NCBI GenBank assembly: GCA_050273025.1
Contig: CP158635.1
Span: 9,424,001-9,488,000 of the forward strand
Direction: 5' to 3'
Length of the DNA: 64,000 nt
Source: Cenococcum geophilum
Taxonomy: Eukaryota
A program made the translations under genes and the position numbers. Positions within the stretch are counted from its first letter, which is position 1; each line of letters begins with the position of its first letter. Shown piece by piece: positions 1-12,371 of this stretch. Below the pieces are notes generated by a model. The model was not told the DNA's origin and did not search any database. It saw nothing but the letters and a program-made list of their open reading frames with translations.

Positions 1-2739
1 AATTCGTCCATAAGGAAGTATCTTCTTATTACTATATTGTAACAGCCCTTTATATATCGTTCCTTAAACCTAGTTAAAATCCCTAGATCCTCTTTTTATT
101 CCAGTTTAGTAAGCCACTTAGCTCTTAGTATGCCTACTCTAGGCCTATTAGTGATTATTCGTACTAGTACTCTATCTCGTGTACGTCCTAATATACTAAA
201 TCTCTTATTTAGTTTCTATTCTTACTATAAGGTAATTCTCGCTCTAAATTCCTCTATAGTTTTCTTTCTTTCGCGTCTCGCGAGTGGATCCTTAAAGTTA
301 TCTTACTTCCTAATCTTAGTGTTAATCTTTTAATCCTTAGGCTAAACACTATATTCCCCTAGTAAATCTTCTAGGTCCATATTCCTATTTCCTAGTCTTA
401 TTGCGGTTTACGCTATAGATTCTTTAATCTTATTAATAGTCCTTATTTATATCTCAAAGTCTTAGTTCTATAGGATTTTTAATCCTAAGCTTGCTTCTAA
501 CTTAAGCTTAGCTCCTACCTTAGTCTAACTAAGCTTAGGTGTTTTTATTTCATCTTAAGAATCTTAAATTTTACTTATCTTATCTTAAGAATCTTATACC
601 TGTAGGAAACTCTATTCTAAGCTTATTTATATATTTTTAAACTAAGCTACTACTCTGCTCCATTGGTTTCTATCTATTATAGGTCCTTAAGCTTACCTCA
701 TCTTGTCTTAAGAATCTTAGTTGTCTCTTATCTCGTCTTAAGAATCTTAAGCCTTTAGCTTCTTGCCCTTATTAAGTGCCAAAGTGGTTTATTGTCCTAC
801 TTCTCTTACGTCTCGCGAAGCAATAGACATTATATCTAGTAGGGTCTTAATCCCTACTAATATTCCCTGTTCTATAGTGGAATTATCCTCTACTTCTTAT
901 ATAACATCTCTAAAGTCTATATACTCCCAGTAAGCTGCTTTCATTACCTTATTATTATAAAATGTTTCGCCTATATTAAATTCATCGTCTTTAATATCCA
1001 ATCTATAAACTAGTTTATTGGTTCCTCTACAAACTATAGGGTTTAGCTCCTATAGCCAATAGCTTACACTATATTTAGCGTCTTTATAAATTCGGTATAC
1101 GTTGTTATAACAAAACGCAAAACTTCTAATTAAACATTCTTTTGTTCCTTGTAGTACACTATTACCCTTCTATATATATGTGTCTTCTGCTAATCTAGTT
1201 CCCTTTATTACATAGTAACTCTAACTATCTTTATAATCCCTTATAAAGTAACCTTATTTTCCGCAATTTATATAAGCTCTATCTTTAAACTATTAACTTT
1301 ATTATAGAGTCCGCCTAAACGTCTTCTACTATTAAGATCCCTAGTTTAGCCTCCGCTCCTTAGTCCTATAATTACTAGATTCTTAACCTCTAGGTTTTTA
1401 TAGTTTCTTACTCCATCTCTTATAGGTTTCTTTAGTACCGCTTAGGTCCATTAGCTCTACGCTATACTATAGTTTCTAACTTAGCTTTAGTTATTGCGTA
1501 CTCTATGCCTTATATAACTATAGAACTCTATCCTAACCCTTCTTAGCCTATTCCCTTTAGTAGATCCAATTATTAATCTTAATTACTTAATCTATTAAAT
1601 CTTATAGGGTGTTCGTATCTTCTATTAAAATAATTACGTCCTAGACTTTAGCCTTAAGTCCTTACTTATACTATGCTATAAGCGCTCTATTATTCTACTT
1701 AACTTATATAGCTAGCGTCTAGAACTGTATTATATACTTAATTACTAAGGTCCGTTACGTAATGCCCTAAAGTTTCCTTTTTACTATAGTTATTCTTTCT
1801 AGATCTCTAAATATTTATATAAGTCGCTTTATAAACCCTTTCTAACTTAAGAACATAAATTATATATCTTAATTAGTGGTCGTTATTCTATTTATCTGTA
1901 TTTCTATAAGGTAAGATTTAAACTATTTAAGTGCTCTTTCTAATAGGAATAGTCCTATATAGGCTATTCAATCCATAAGTGTTAGTAGCTTTACTCCTTC
2001 TTATATAACTTTAAAGTATATTTATATAAGAAATCCTTTAAGCTTTAATCTTTCTCCTAAGTATCTCTTAATTAATAGTAGCTTAATCTTCGCTACTTCT
2101 ATCCTATTAACCCTTTCCTCTAGCGCTATATTATTAATTATTAACCAGTTAATTACCTTTTATAACTATCCAACTGTTATAAGTTGCTATAAGTTAGTAT
2201 CTGCTATACTAGTGTCGTCTACTAACCTTAAAGTAGTTGCCGCCGTCATTAGCGTTGTAGTGGCTACTTTTAGTAGCATGTTATTTAACTTTCTATATTT
2301 AATACCATAACTAGATAGTAATTATATAACGGAACCTTATAGCAGGAACTATAATAGGCTCGTTATTGGGCTAGGTATATAGGTAATATAAATTAAAGTT
2401 AACAACGTAATAATAACTAGTAGAGTGGTTGCCTAATAGATTAACTCTAATTATATTCTAAGAATTATTATAAGGAAGGAACTATCTAGGTAGAGACTGT
2501 GGTCCTTTAAATACACAACCGTACTTCTATAAAATCCTCCTTATACGTAATATATATATACTCTATCTACTCTATTATAGATCCTATAGATTATATAGAT
2601 TATATTATATAACCTTAGTTACCATTCCTCATTACATAGCTCTATCGGCTCCATCTTAGACTGTGCTTATATTAACTAACTAGCTTCTTCTAACTCTTCC
2701 CTAAGTAGTTATAACATTATACTTAAAGCGTTCGTAACA
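1..2739 (-). mobile_element. Ty3/gypsy LTR retrotransposon family A, copy A1 (5' LTR and gag; continues left of the window), RIP-inactivated
   Basis: LTR 2325-2739 (TATAACGGAACC...CGTAACA; unmutated form TGTAACGGAACC at 60930). Minus-strand gag starts at ATG 2279 and reads de-RIPed MPPKAATT...IKLPPIERYSGERSKLKGFL, with a CCHC knuckle at ~1240-1280. Colinear with copy A3. Confidence 0.9.
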
Positions 2740-5700
2740 TCTAGGCATTCTTCTATAAGAAATCTTCCTAGTTAAAGTATTAAGTCTCCTAACTCCTAAA
2801 CTTTTACTAAATGCTAACTATATATATACTTAGCGTTTCTATATTTCGCCTTATCTATTATCTAATATATTCTTCTTAGATACTTTTAATTCTTATCTTT
2901 TAGTGCTCTATATATATTATATATATTATCCACGCACGCAATCCATGCCAATGTATAGTATGCTTAGTGTCTTAGGTTAACTCTTAGCTCGTCTTTATCC
3001 TTAAGTTTAAACCTTTCTCGTATTAATCTAAGCGTTACAACTTTATTCGCAAGTACTAAGATTTGTCTTTTACTTCTCTAGTCCTCTAATTACTCCTCTA
3101 GATCTTTTAACATTATAATTAAGGCTCCTTTAATATAAGTTATAGCCTTTTCTATAATTAGGTGGTCTTAGATAACTTTTTTATCTAACTATATATAGAA
3201 ATCTTTCCACTTATCATTATATCGTTACCTATACCACTTTTAGTATAGCTATTTAAGTATATACGGCTTATCCGTAAGGAAGTATCTTCTTATTACTATA
3301 TTATAACAGCCTTTTATATATCGTTCTTTAAATCTAGTTAGAATCCCTAAATCCTCTTCTTATTCTAGTTCGGTAAGCTACTTAGCCTACCCTAGGCCTA
3401 TTAGTAATTCTTTATACTAGTACTTTATCTTATATACGTCCTAATATACTAAATCTCTTATCTAGTTTCTGTTCTTACTATAAGGTAATTCTTACTCTAA
3501 ATTCCTCTATGGTCCCTCCCCTTTCGCGTCTTATAAGTAGATCCTTAAAGTCTTTTTACTTCTTAATCTTTATATTAGTCTTCCGATCTTTAGGCTAAAT
3601 ACTATATTCTCTTAATAAGTCTTCTAGGTCCATATACCTATCTCCTAATCTTATTACTATTTATACCGCAGATTCTCTAATCTTGTTAATAGTCCTTATT
3701 TATATCTCGCAGTCTTAGTTCCATAGGATTTTTAATCCTAAGCTTGCTTTTAACTTAAGCTTATCTCCTACCTTAGTCTAACTAGGCTTAGGTATTCTTA
3801 TCTTATCTTAAGAGTCTTAAATCTTACTTATCTTATCTTAAGAATCTTATACCTATAGAAAACTCTATCCTAAGCTTATTTATATGTCTTTAAACTAAGC
3901 TACTACTCTACTCTATCGGTTTCTATCCATTGTGGGTCCTTAAGCTTACCTTATCTCGTCTTAAGAATCTTAAGCCTTTAGCTTCTTGCCTTTATTAAGT
4001 GCCGAAATAGTTCGCTATCCTACTTCTCTTATATCTTGTAAAGCGATAGACATTATATCTAATAGGGTCTCAATCCCTACTAATATTCCCTATTTTATAG
4101 TAGAATTATCCTCTACTTCTAGTATAATATCTCTAAGGTCTATATACTCCTAATAAGCTGCCTTTATTACCTTATCGTTATAGAATATTTTGCCTACGTT
4201 AAATTTATTATCCTTAATATCCGATTTGCGAACTAGTTTATTAGTTCCTCTATATACTATAGGGTTTAGCTCCTATAGCCAATAGCTTACGCTATACTTA
4301 GTATCTTTATAAATTTAGTATGCGTTATTATAACAAAACGCAAAACTTCTAATTAAACATTCTTTTATTCCTCGCAGTATACTATTATCCCTTTATACGT
4401 GTATGTCTTCTACTATTAGTCTTATTCCCTTTATTATATAGTTACTCTAACCATTTTTATAATCCCTTATAAAATAATCTTATTTCCTATAATTTATATA
4501 AGCTCTATTTTTAAACTATTAACTTTATTATAGAGTCCGCTTAAACATCTTCTACTACTAAGATCTTTAGTTTAGCCTTTACTCCTAGGTCTTATAATTA
4601 CTAGATCCTTAACCTCTAGGTTTTTATAGTTTCTTACTCCATCTCTTATAGATTTCTTTAGTACTACTTAGGTCTATTAGCTCCGCGCCATACTATAATT
4701 TCTAACTTGACTTTAGTTATTGCGTACTCTACGCCTTATATAACTATAGAACTCTATCCTAACCCTTCTTAGCCTGTTCCCCTTAGTAGATCCAATTATT
4801 AATCTTAATCGCTTAATCTATTAAATTCCTTAGAGTATCCGCATCTTCTATTAAAATAATTACATCCTAGACTTTAGCCTTAAGTCCCTATTTATACTGT
4901 GCTATAAGCGCTCTATTATTCCACTTAACTTATATAGCTAGCGTTTAGAACTATATTATATACTTAATTGCTAAGGTTTATTATATAATATTCTAAAGTT
5001 TCCTTTCTACTATAGTTGTTCCTTCTAGGTCTCCAAACATTTATATAAGTCGCTCTATAAATCCCTCCTAGCTTAAAAACATAAATTGCACATCTTAATT
5101 AGTGGTCGTTATTCCATTTATCTATATTTCCGTAAGGTAAGGCTTAAACTACTTAAGTGCTCTTCCTGACAGGAATAGTCCTACATAGGCTATTCAATCT
5201 ATAGATATTGGTAGCTTTACCCCTTCTTATATAACTTTAAAGTGCATTTACATAAGAAATCCTTTAAGTTTTAATCTTTCTCTTAAGTATCTTTTAATTA
5301 ATAGTAGCTTAATCTTTACTGCTCTTATCCTATTAACCCTTTCCTCTAACGCTATATTATTAGTTATTAACCGGTTAATTACCTCTTATAATTATCCGAC
5401 CGTTATAGGTTGCTATAAGTTAGTATCTGCTATACTAGTATTATCTGCTAACCTTAAAGTAGTTACCGCCATTGTTGGCGTTATAGTGGCTACTTTTAGT
5501 GGCATATTATTCGACTTTCTGTATTTAATACCGTAACTAGGTAGTGATTATATAATAGAACCTTGTAGTAGGAACTATAATAGGCTTATTATTAGGCTAG
5601 GTATATAGGTAATATAAATTAAAGTTAACAACGTAATAATAACTGGTGGAGTAGTTGCCTAATAGATTAACTCTAATTGTATTCTAAGAATTACTATAAG

Positions 5701-5974
5701 GAAGGAACTATCTAGGTAGGGACTAAGGGTCCTTAAATACACAACCGTACTCCTATAAAATCCTCCTTGTACGTAATATACGTATACTCTATCTACTCTG
5801 TCGTAGATCCTATAGATCGTACAGATTATATAGATTACCTTACGTGACCTTAGTTACCATTCCTCGTTATATAGCTCTATCGGCTCTATCCTAGACCGTG
5901 CTCTAATTAACCAACTAGCTTCTTCTAACTCTTCTCTAAGTAGTCGTAACATTGTACTTAAAGCGTCCGTAACA
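2740..5974 (-). mobile_element. Ty3/gypsy family A, copy A2 (5' LTR and gag), interrupted at 2739/2740 by copy A1
   Basis: LTR 5551-5974. Internal 2740-5550 is colinear with A3 ~42920-45657. The sequence right after the A1 LTR resumes inside gag. Confidence 0.9.
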
Positions 5975-6546
5975 GCAAGTTACAGGGCTTATATACTTAA
6001 TGTACTAAATATATTAATATACTAAACACCTTTCTTAGGAGTTAGAATATGTATTTAATAGACTATATATAACCAACTACTAATACTATACTAAGACACA
6101 AGGTTGTAGCCTGGAAGGCAGTATCAACACTACTCTTATATATCTCGCATACCTCGTATATAGCTTAAATGAGTCATAGATTAAGTCATAGACCCTACGG
6201 TTAGGACTCTACATTTGTGTATATATTTCACCTAATTTCCATAAATTTAGAATTAAGTCGTTTATTTAATTCTCCTATATTACAAAGCTTACAGTTATAA
6301 GCCCGGATCGCACTACCTGCTAAGCAATTAATCTATTACCTTATTTAAGAAGTCACTACTTCTATTACCTTTATAAGTATCTTAAACTTCTTCACCTATT
6401 AAACGAACGGACGATCAACCTTAACCGACGACCGTACCCAACCGATAACCGACGACCGACGAATCAAATTAAAAGTTTAAAACGTTAAAATAAGGTTTTC
6501 GCCAAGACGCCAATTGGACCCTACCTAACCTATTAAAATCCTAAAA

Positions 6547-9500
6547 ATAACAACCACTAACAAATCAAAAATTAACGTTATCCTTAACTAGCCATCTAAT
6601 TAGATTTAATGGTTTTTTATTATCTAAGATACAGCCAAAACTAACAAGGTATAGTAGTATGTTAACCTATCTAAAAAGAAAGATAAGCTTCTAAAGCTAG
6701 AACCATTGCATTAACCTATACTAGCGGACGTACTTCCTAATACTATATTAATAGCTTAATTAGACCAAATCAAGCTCACTGCCTATAATTAGCTCTATGC
6801 TAAATATAAGGACGACCTCTAAGTATATTAGAAACAAGAACAGGCTATAAGAGACATTAGTAACTACATCGTCCGATTAACATTAGTAGCCTACCTTCCA
6901 CTTATTAATGGCCTCAACATGGTACACAAACGGCTTTAAGCATTAAAGACTGTACTTACCCCTACCTCCTTAGGTTAAAAGCACGACGTCCTTAATTAAT
7001 ATACGGCCCTAAGAGCCTATAATAAAAAGCAGAATATTAACAAATAGTTAAATAGCTAGCAGAACGTCTATAAGCTTATAGAGCAATTAGAGCCACTAAA
7101 TATGCAGGGATTTAGGCCACACTATAATTTCGTTTAAGTAATTAAACCCATCTCTTCTAGTTTTATAGAAGCACTAGAAGTAGACCTTATTAGGGAAAAA
7201 CGGAAGGACGAAGACGCCCTATCTATTATTAATCTTATTAAGGAATTTAAGAAGTACTACCGCATGCAGCAAGCATCCTCTACCTCTACTACCAATAACT
7301 CTGCCTTTATAACCCTTTAAAACAATTCTAATTCCAATTCCAATTTAAAATAGCATAAGGAATGCGTATGCGGCCTCATACATTAATTTGGCGACTGCTA
7401 CTACATTACTAAGTAGAAGCGCCCTTAAGGATAAAAGCCAAACCTAGATATCCAGAAGGAAGTAGATAAAAAGATCTTATCTACACCTTAGATTAAACGC
7501 ATCGTTAATTAAATCTAAAAAGGCATAAAAGAAGAATAGGGAGTAAGGAAGAATACAGAATCTATAATTAATTTTAACTCTAAAACCCTACCTTCTACAA
7601 CATCAACTAGCCATATTACCGTGTTTAGTACTAGTTAAATTCTATTTAAACTCCAGAACACCTAGATACTTAACCCCAGCGTAAATACACACATCTGTAA
7701 TAACGAAGAAGACTTTACCTTCTCGTACCTAGCAGTAGAAGACGACTACCTAATTGCTGGCGGAAATTTCGAAAAGATTTAAGCTTATAGAACAGTAACC
7801 ATTACCGTTAATACACCTGCTAGGAAGTTAAAAATAAAGCTATCCTACGTAGCACTAGCACCTACCTTTTTTATAAATATTATATCACTTTTAAGAGCTA
7901 CTAATAACTATATCCATTTTAACTTAAGACGAAACTTACTACACCGTCTAGTAACTAGCGAAATAGTATACTATGCAAGACGACTAGGGGGCCATTGGGC
8001 ACTAATACACAGACAGCCTACCCTAAATTTAATAACTTAATCGACCTTCTTAACAAGAAGACATTAACTAAGTAGAATAGCCCGTAAACTAGTCGGAGCT
8101 ATAGCTACAAAATAGTATAAAATACTTGGCTATGCAGGACCTAACGCTATTAAGCAGCTTCCTAAGCACGTTAATAGCGTAGAGCTTAAAGAACTAATTA
8201 ATAAATGAGCACCGCTTAAAGTTAAATGTAAAGTTTGCTTATTAGTAAAGCACACGCAGCAGATCTCTTAAAGACAAGAATATAAATTTCTAGCCACTTA
8301 ACTATTTAAACGGCTCGCATTTAATATTATTAGCCTTAGAGAACTAGGCTATAACGGCAATAGATATATTATATATTTCTATTGCACATATTCTAAATTA
8401 AATTTTATCTTTATATCTAAGAATAAGGACAAAGCTACCGTCCTACCTACTATTTATAAGACACATTAATTAATTAAATTACGATTCTACTAAGACGTTA
8501 TCTTTTTCTGGAGCAATAATAAACGAGCTTTTAAATAGACGGGAGATACCTTATAGATATAGTGCGCAGACAAAGGCATTACCTTTAAATGTTAAGTACC
8601 ATATACTAAAGAACAAAATAGTGGAGCTAAATAATCTAGACGAACCCTTATAGAACAATTAAGGGCTATATAGCTGGAATCGTCCTTACCCCTATTTCTA
8701 GGACTAGAAGCTTTCCTTACTACTAGCTACACATTTAATTAAACCCCAAATAAGCAACTAAGGTGGAAAACTCCATACAAAATCGCCTATAGTAAGACGC
8801 CATCTCTTACCTATATGCACGTATACGGTTGTAAGACCTATACGCTAGATAAAAGAGTTTAAAAAGGAGATAAGCTAGCTCCTTATACATTAATTGGACA
8901 CCTAGTCGGCTATAATTTAACTAATATCTACCGTATCTGGATTCTAAGTCTCTACAAGGTTATCTAAACTAGAGATGTTGTATTTAATAAGACCTCGTTT
9001 TATAACTCTAAGGGTTAAGACATTAACTACTTACTAAGGGAAGTATTAAAAGACACCCTCTAGATAATTAATCTACTAGAACCTCTCCATAAGGATAAGT
9101 CTAAGGATAAATCTATTCTATATAGACCTACCTTAAATATAAATTAAATAACTACACCTAAATTAAACAATTCGGCAGAACCTCCTATAAAGGATACTAA
9201 GTAGTTACTAACTCCTAGTAGAACAGTATCTTTAGATCTACTAGAAACAAACACTATACTAGGAGGACTTTAAGACGATATCTTAGATATAATTAAAGAA
9301 GCCCCTACCTAGCTAAGCTTACCAGAACTATTTAATAGAGTAACTAATATAGCTTTACAAGCTAATGAAGTCTTGGCTAAACCTTCTGCCGACCTTATCC
9401 TACTAGAAGGATCTAAATTAATTTAACGTTAAGCGTATACGACAGCATTAGCCAATCTATCTACCCTATTTAGTTACTACGCTGGATTTGCTATAGGACT

Positions 9501-11144
9501 AGTAAAGAATATTAACTAAACTAGATCCTTATCTCTATATTAGGACAATCTTCCTTCTAAACTAAAGAACCTTTAGGAGCTAAGAAAGTATCTATTAACT
9601 ACTGGCTTCTAAAAGGCTATAGAAAAAGAATATAACGACCTAAAATACTAAGGGACATTTAAGACTATACCAAAAGAAGAAGTAAGCAATAAGTAGATCC
9701 TTTTATTAAAATAGGTCTTTAAATACAAGCTTAATAGCAACGGCTACCTATAAAAGCTTAAAGCTTAACTGTATATCCGTGGAGACCTATAGATTACTAA
9801 AGAAGAGACCTATGTAGCAACCCTAGCTGCTTAAATATTCCGTGCCCTCATGGCTATAGCAGCCGCATTTAATTTGGAAATTTAATAGTATAATGCCGTA
9901 AACGCATTTATAAATGCCAAGCTCAGTAAACTAGTATACTGCTACTGCCTAGAAGGATTTAATTAAAATGGACATATTTTAGAGCTACTTATGGCGCTAT
10001 ACGGACTAAAAATATTACCGCTACTGTGGTATAAAGAGCTTACTAGTACCCTAGCCGAATTTGGATTAAACCCTATTCTAGGTACTAACTATCTATTTAC
10101 TAATAGACGACTTATTATCTACTTCTATATAGACGATATTGCCGTTCTATTTACTAAAGAGGACCTTTAAATACTAGAAGAATTTAAAGCCAAACTACTA
10201 TACCAATATAAGATCCGTGCATTAGGAGATCTATAGTAGTTTCTAGGTATTTAAATTGAACAAGATTAAGTAAGTAGAAAGCTCTAGCTCTGCCAAGACT
10301 CCTATATTAAAAAGATAGCCAAACGATTTAATATTTAACTAGGTAGATTTCCTAAGTTATTACTTTCTGCTAAAGAACTAATTCCGTCTAACTAGTAGAT
10401 AAGCCCTTAAAGAACACTAGCCTACCAGTAGTAAGTTAATTCTCTTACATACCTCGCCGTATTTAGAAGACCTAATATTACAAAGACGCATTCTAAGCTA
10501 GCTAAATTCCTTACTAATCCAAATTAGGAACACCTTAACGTAGTAAACTAAACTATTACCTACTGCCTCGGAACAAAATCTATAGCTATTAAATACTTAG
10601 GGGAAGCTTTTAGAGCATACGTTTACTTTAGAACCCCTAAAGGAGAAGATATTACCTTTTACAAGGCATCTAATACAGCATTTGCAGACTATAAAGAGAC
10701 TAGACAGAGCTCTTAAGGATACCTATTTATACTATTCGGAGGGCTAATTAATTAGAAGGCGACCCTATAGCGATTAGTAACTCGTTTAACTACTAAAGTA
10801 GAACTTCTCTCGCTATCTACCGCTGCCGTTAAAATTATCTAGTAGCAATAATTCTTTAAGGCAATCGGCTTTAATTTAGAACGCGAATTTACCCTACTAT
10901 GCGATAATATGTAGACTATACACCTACTAAAATAGGACACACCAAAACTCAACACTAAACTTCGACATATTGACGTCTATTAGCACTGGCTTAGACAGAA
11001 AGTCTAAGATAAAAAGATTGATATACGATGGGTTCCTATGGACAAAATGCCTGCTAACGGCCTTACCAAAATCTTACCTTATTAAAAGCACGAAGCATGG
11101 ATACAGCAGCTGAATTTGGTAGATATTCAACATCAGATTAATTA
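6547..11144 (+). pseudogene. Copia gag-pol polyprotein (PR-IN-RT-RH order) with many RIP stops
   Basis: De-RIPed motifs: WILDPGANTHIC (~7662), WHKMLGH (~8113), EQNGGAE (~8611), YVDDI (~10126), SDAAFAD (~10669), KLRHIDV (~10957). The 3' end is approximate. Confidence 0.9.
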
Positions 11145-11149
11145 AATCT

Positions 11150-11190
11150 ATTCGCAATATCCGCAATATCCGCAATATTCGCAATATCCG
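11150..11190 (+). repeat. 9-bp tandem repeat (CCGCAATAT) in the copia 3' region
   Basis: About 4.5 copies seen directly; a similar array is at ~59030-59070 in B2. Confidence 0.85.
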
Positions 11191-11730
11191 TTACGGTTAC
11201 CCCATCCTTTTGCTACTCCCAAATTGTATCCAAATTTCCTATTTTGGTATAGTCTCTACCTTTATTTTTGTTTTCTATAGCTTCGACTACACCATTAAAT
11301 CTAAGGGGGTGTGTAACCGATTACTGACACTATGCTGAGACACAAGGTTGCAGCCTGGAAGGCAGCATTAACACTACCCTCGTATATCTTGCATACCTCG
11401 TATATAGCTTAAATGAGTTATAGATCAAGTCATAAACCCTACGGTCAGGACTCTATATTTGTGTATATATTTCACCTAATTTCCATAGATTTAGAATTAA
11501 GTCCTTTATTTAATTCTCCTACACTGTAAAGCTTACACTATAGTTCTCTCTTTATAGTAAATCCTAAAATATAACTAGAGTTAATCTATTAGGTACTTAC
11601 TCTAACGTTACACTAATTGTCTATTTATCTATATACCTAGCCTATTAATAAGTTCACCGTAATATTTTCTATAAGGCTTTATTATAAGTATCTTATTAAC
11701 TATTATATACTATAACTATAGTAGTAAATA

Positions 11731-12315
11731 TATAATAAAGCCTTGTAGTAGATACTATAGTTGTCACGGAAGTGGGCACGAGCTGGAATACAATGTACTA
11801 AACAGGGTAGTAATTGAAGAAGGCTACGTACGCGTAACTATGCGTGGTTGATATAAAGACATTTGGATGCAGAACAGAACAGAACAGGTCAGGTACGGGT
11901 ATAAATAGGGGTTGTAGGGGAACGTGCGTAGGTGTCTCGGGACGAACGTGAGCACGGGTCAAGACCGTCAAAACGCGCAGAGACGTGAGAACGTGTGAGT
12001 CCCGTGACAATAGTAGACTTATTAATAAACTATATATATAGATAAATATAATAAAAAATATATAACTCTAGAGTAAGTACCTAATAGATTAACTCTAATT
12101 ATATTCTAAGATTTACTATAAAGAGAGAACTATCTAAGTAGGGACTATAGTCCTTTAAATACGTATCCATACGCCTAAGAAATCCCATTATTACCTAAGG
12201 TACGTAAGCCTTTACAAATCTTATAGAGCTTATAGAGCTCGTCATGTGACCTCGCTAACCACTCGTTACATGGCTCCACCCGCAGACCACTAATACACTT
12301 TCCATCGCCCTTACA
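11731..12315 (+). repeat. A-like solo LTR relic, interrupted by an unrelated solo LTR
   Basis: Starts TATAATAAAGCCTTGTAG and shares CCTAATAGATTAACTCTAATTATATTCTAAGA and GAACTATCTAAGTAGGGAC with family A LTRs. The right end is uncertain (12270 or 12315); no TSD found. Confidence 0.7.
11762..12009. mobile_element. Solo LTR, 248 bp, essentially free of RIP
   Basis: Terminal inverted repeat TGTCACGG...CCGTGACA. 5-bp TSD ATAGT (11757-11761, 12010-12014). Confidence 0.9.
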
Positions 12316-12371
12316 ACCCCTCGCCATGCTCTCCCACCAGCAGTGTTAAACCAACGTCCCCCCTCCATTTG

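Larger units (their letters stand above)
6068..11537 (+). mobile_element. Full-length Ty1/copia LTR retrotransposon B1, RIP-inactivated
   Basis: 226-bp LTRs at 6068-6293 and 11312-11537. 5-bp TSD CTATA (6063-6067, 11538-11542). PBS GTTATAAGCCC after the 5' LTR; PPT AAGGGGGTG before the 3' LTR. Confidence 0.95.
5975..11686 (-). repeat. Relic LTR related to family A (opposite orientation to the A LTRs), split by copia B1 into 5975-6067 and 11538-11686
   Basis: The reverse complement of 11538-11686 begins TATAATAAAGCCTTATAG and matches the A-like LTR at 11731-12180. It continues across the CTATA TSD into 6067-5975. Confidence 0.7.

Noticed and set aside
130..333. 67-aa plus-strand ORF
   Set aside because: Antisense to RIPed family A gag; a chance ORF.
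11798..12010. 70-aa minus-strand ORF
   Set aside because: Lies within a solo LTR, starts at TTG and has no recognisable motif.
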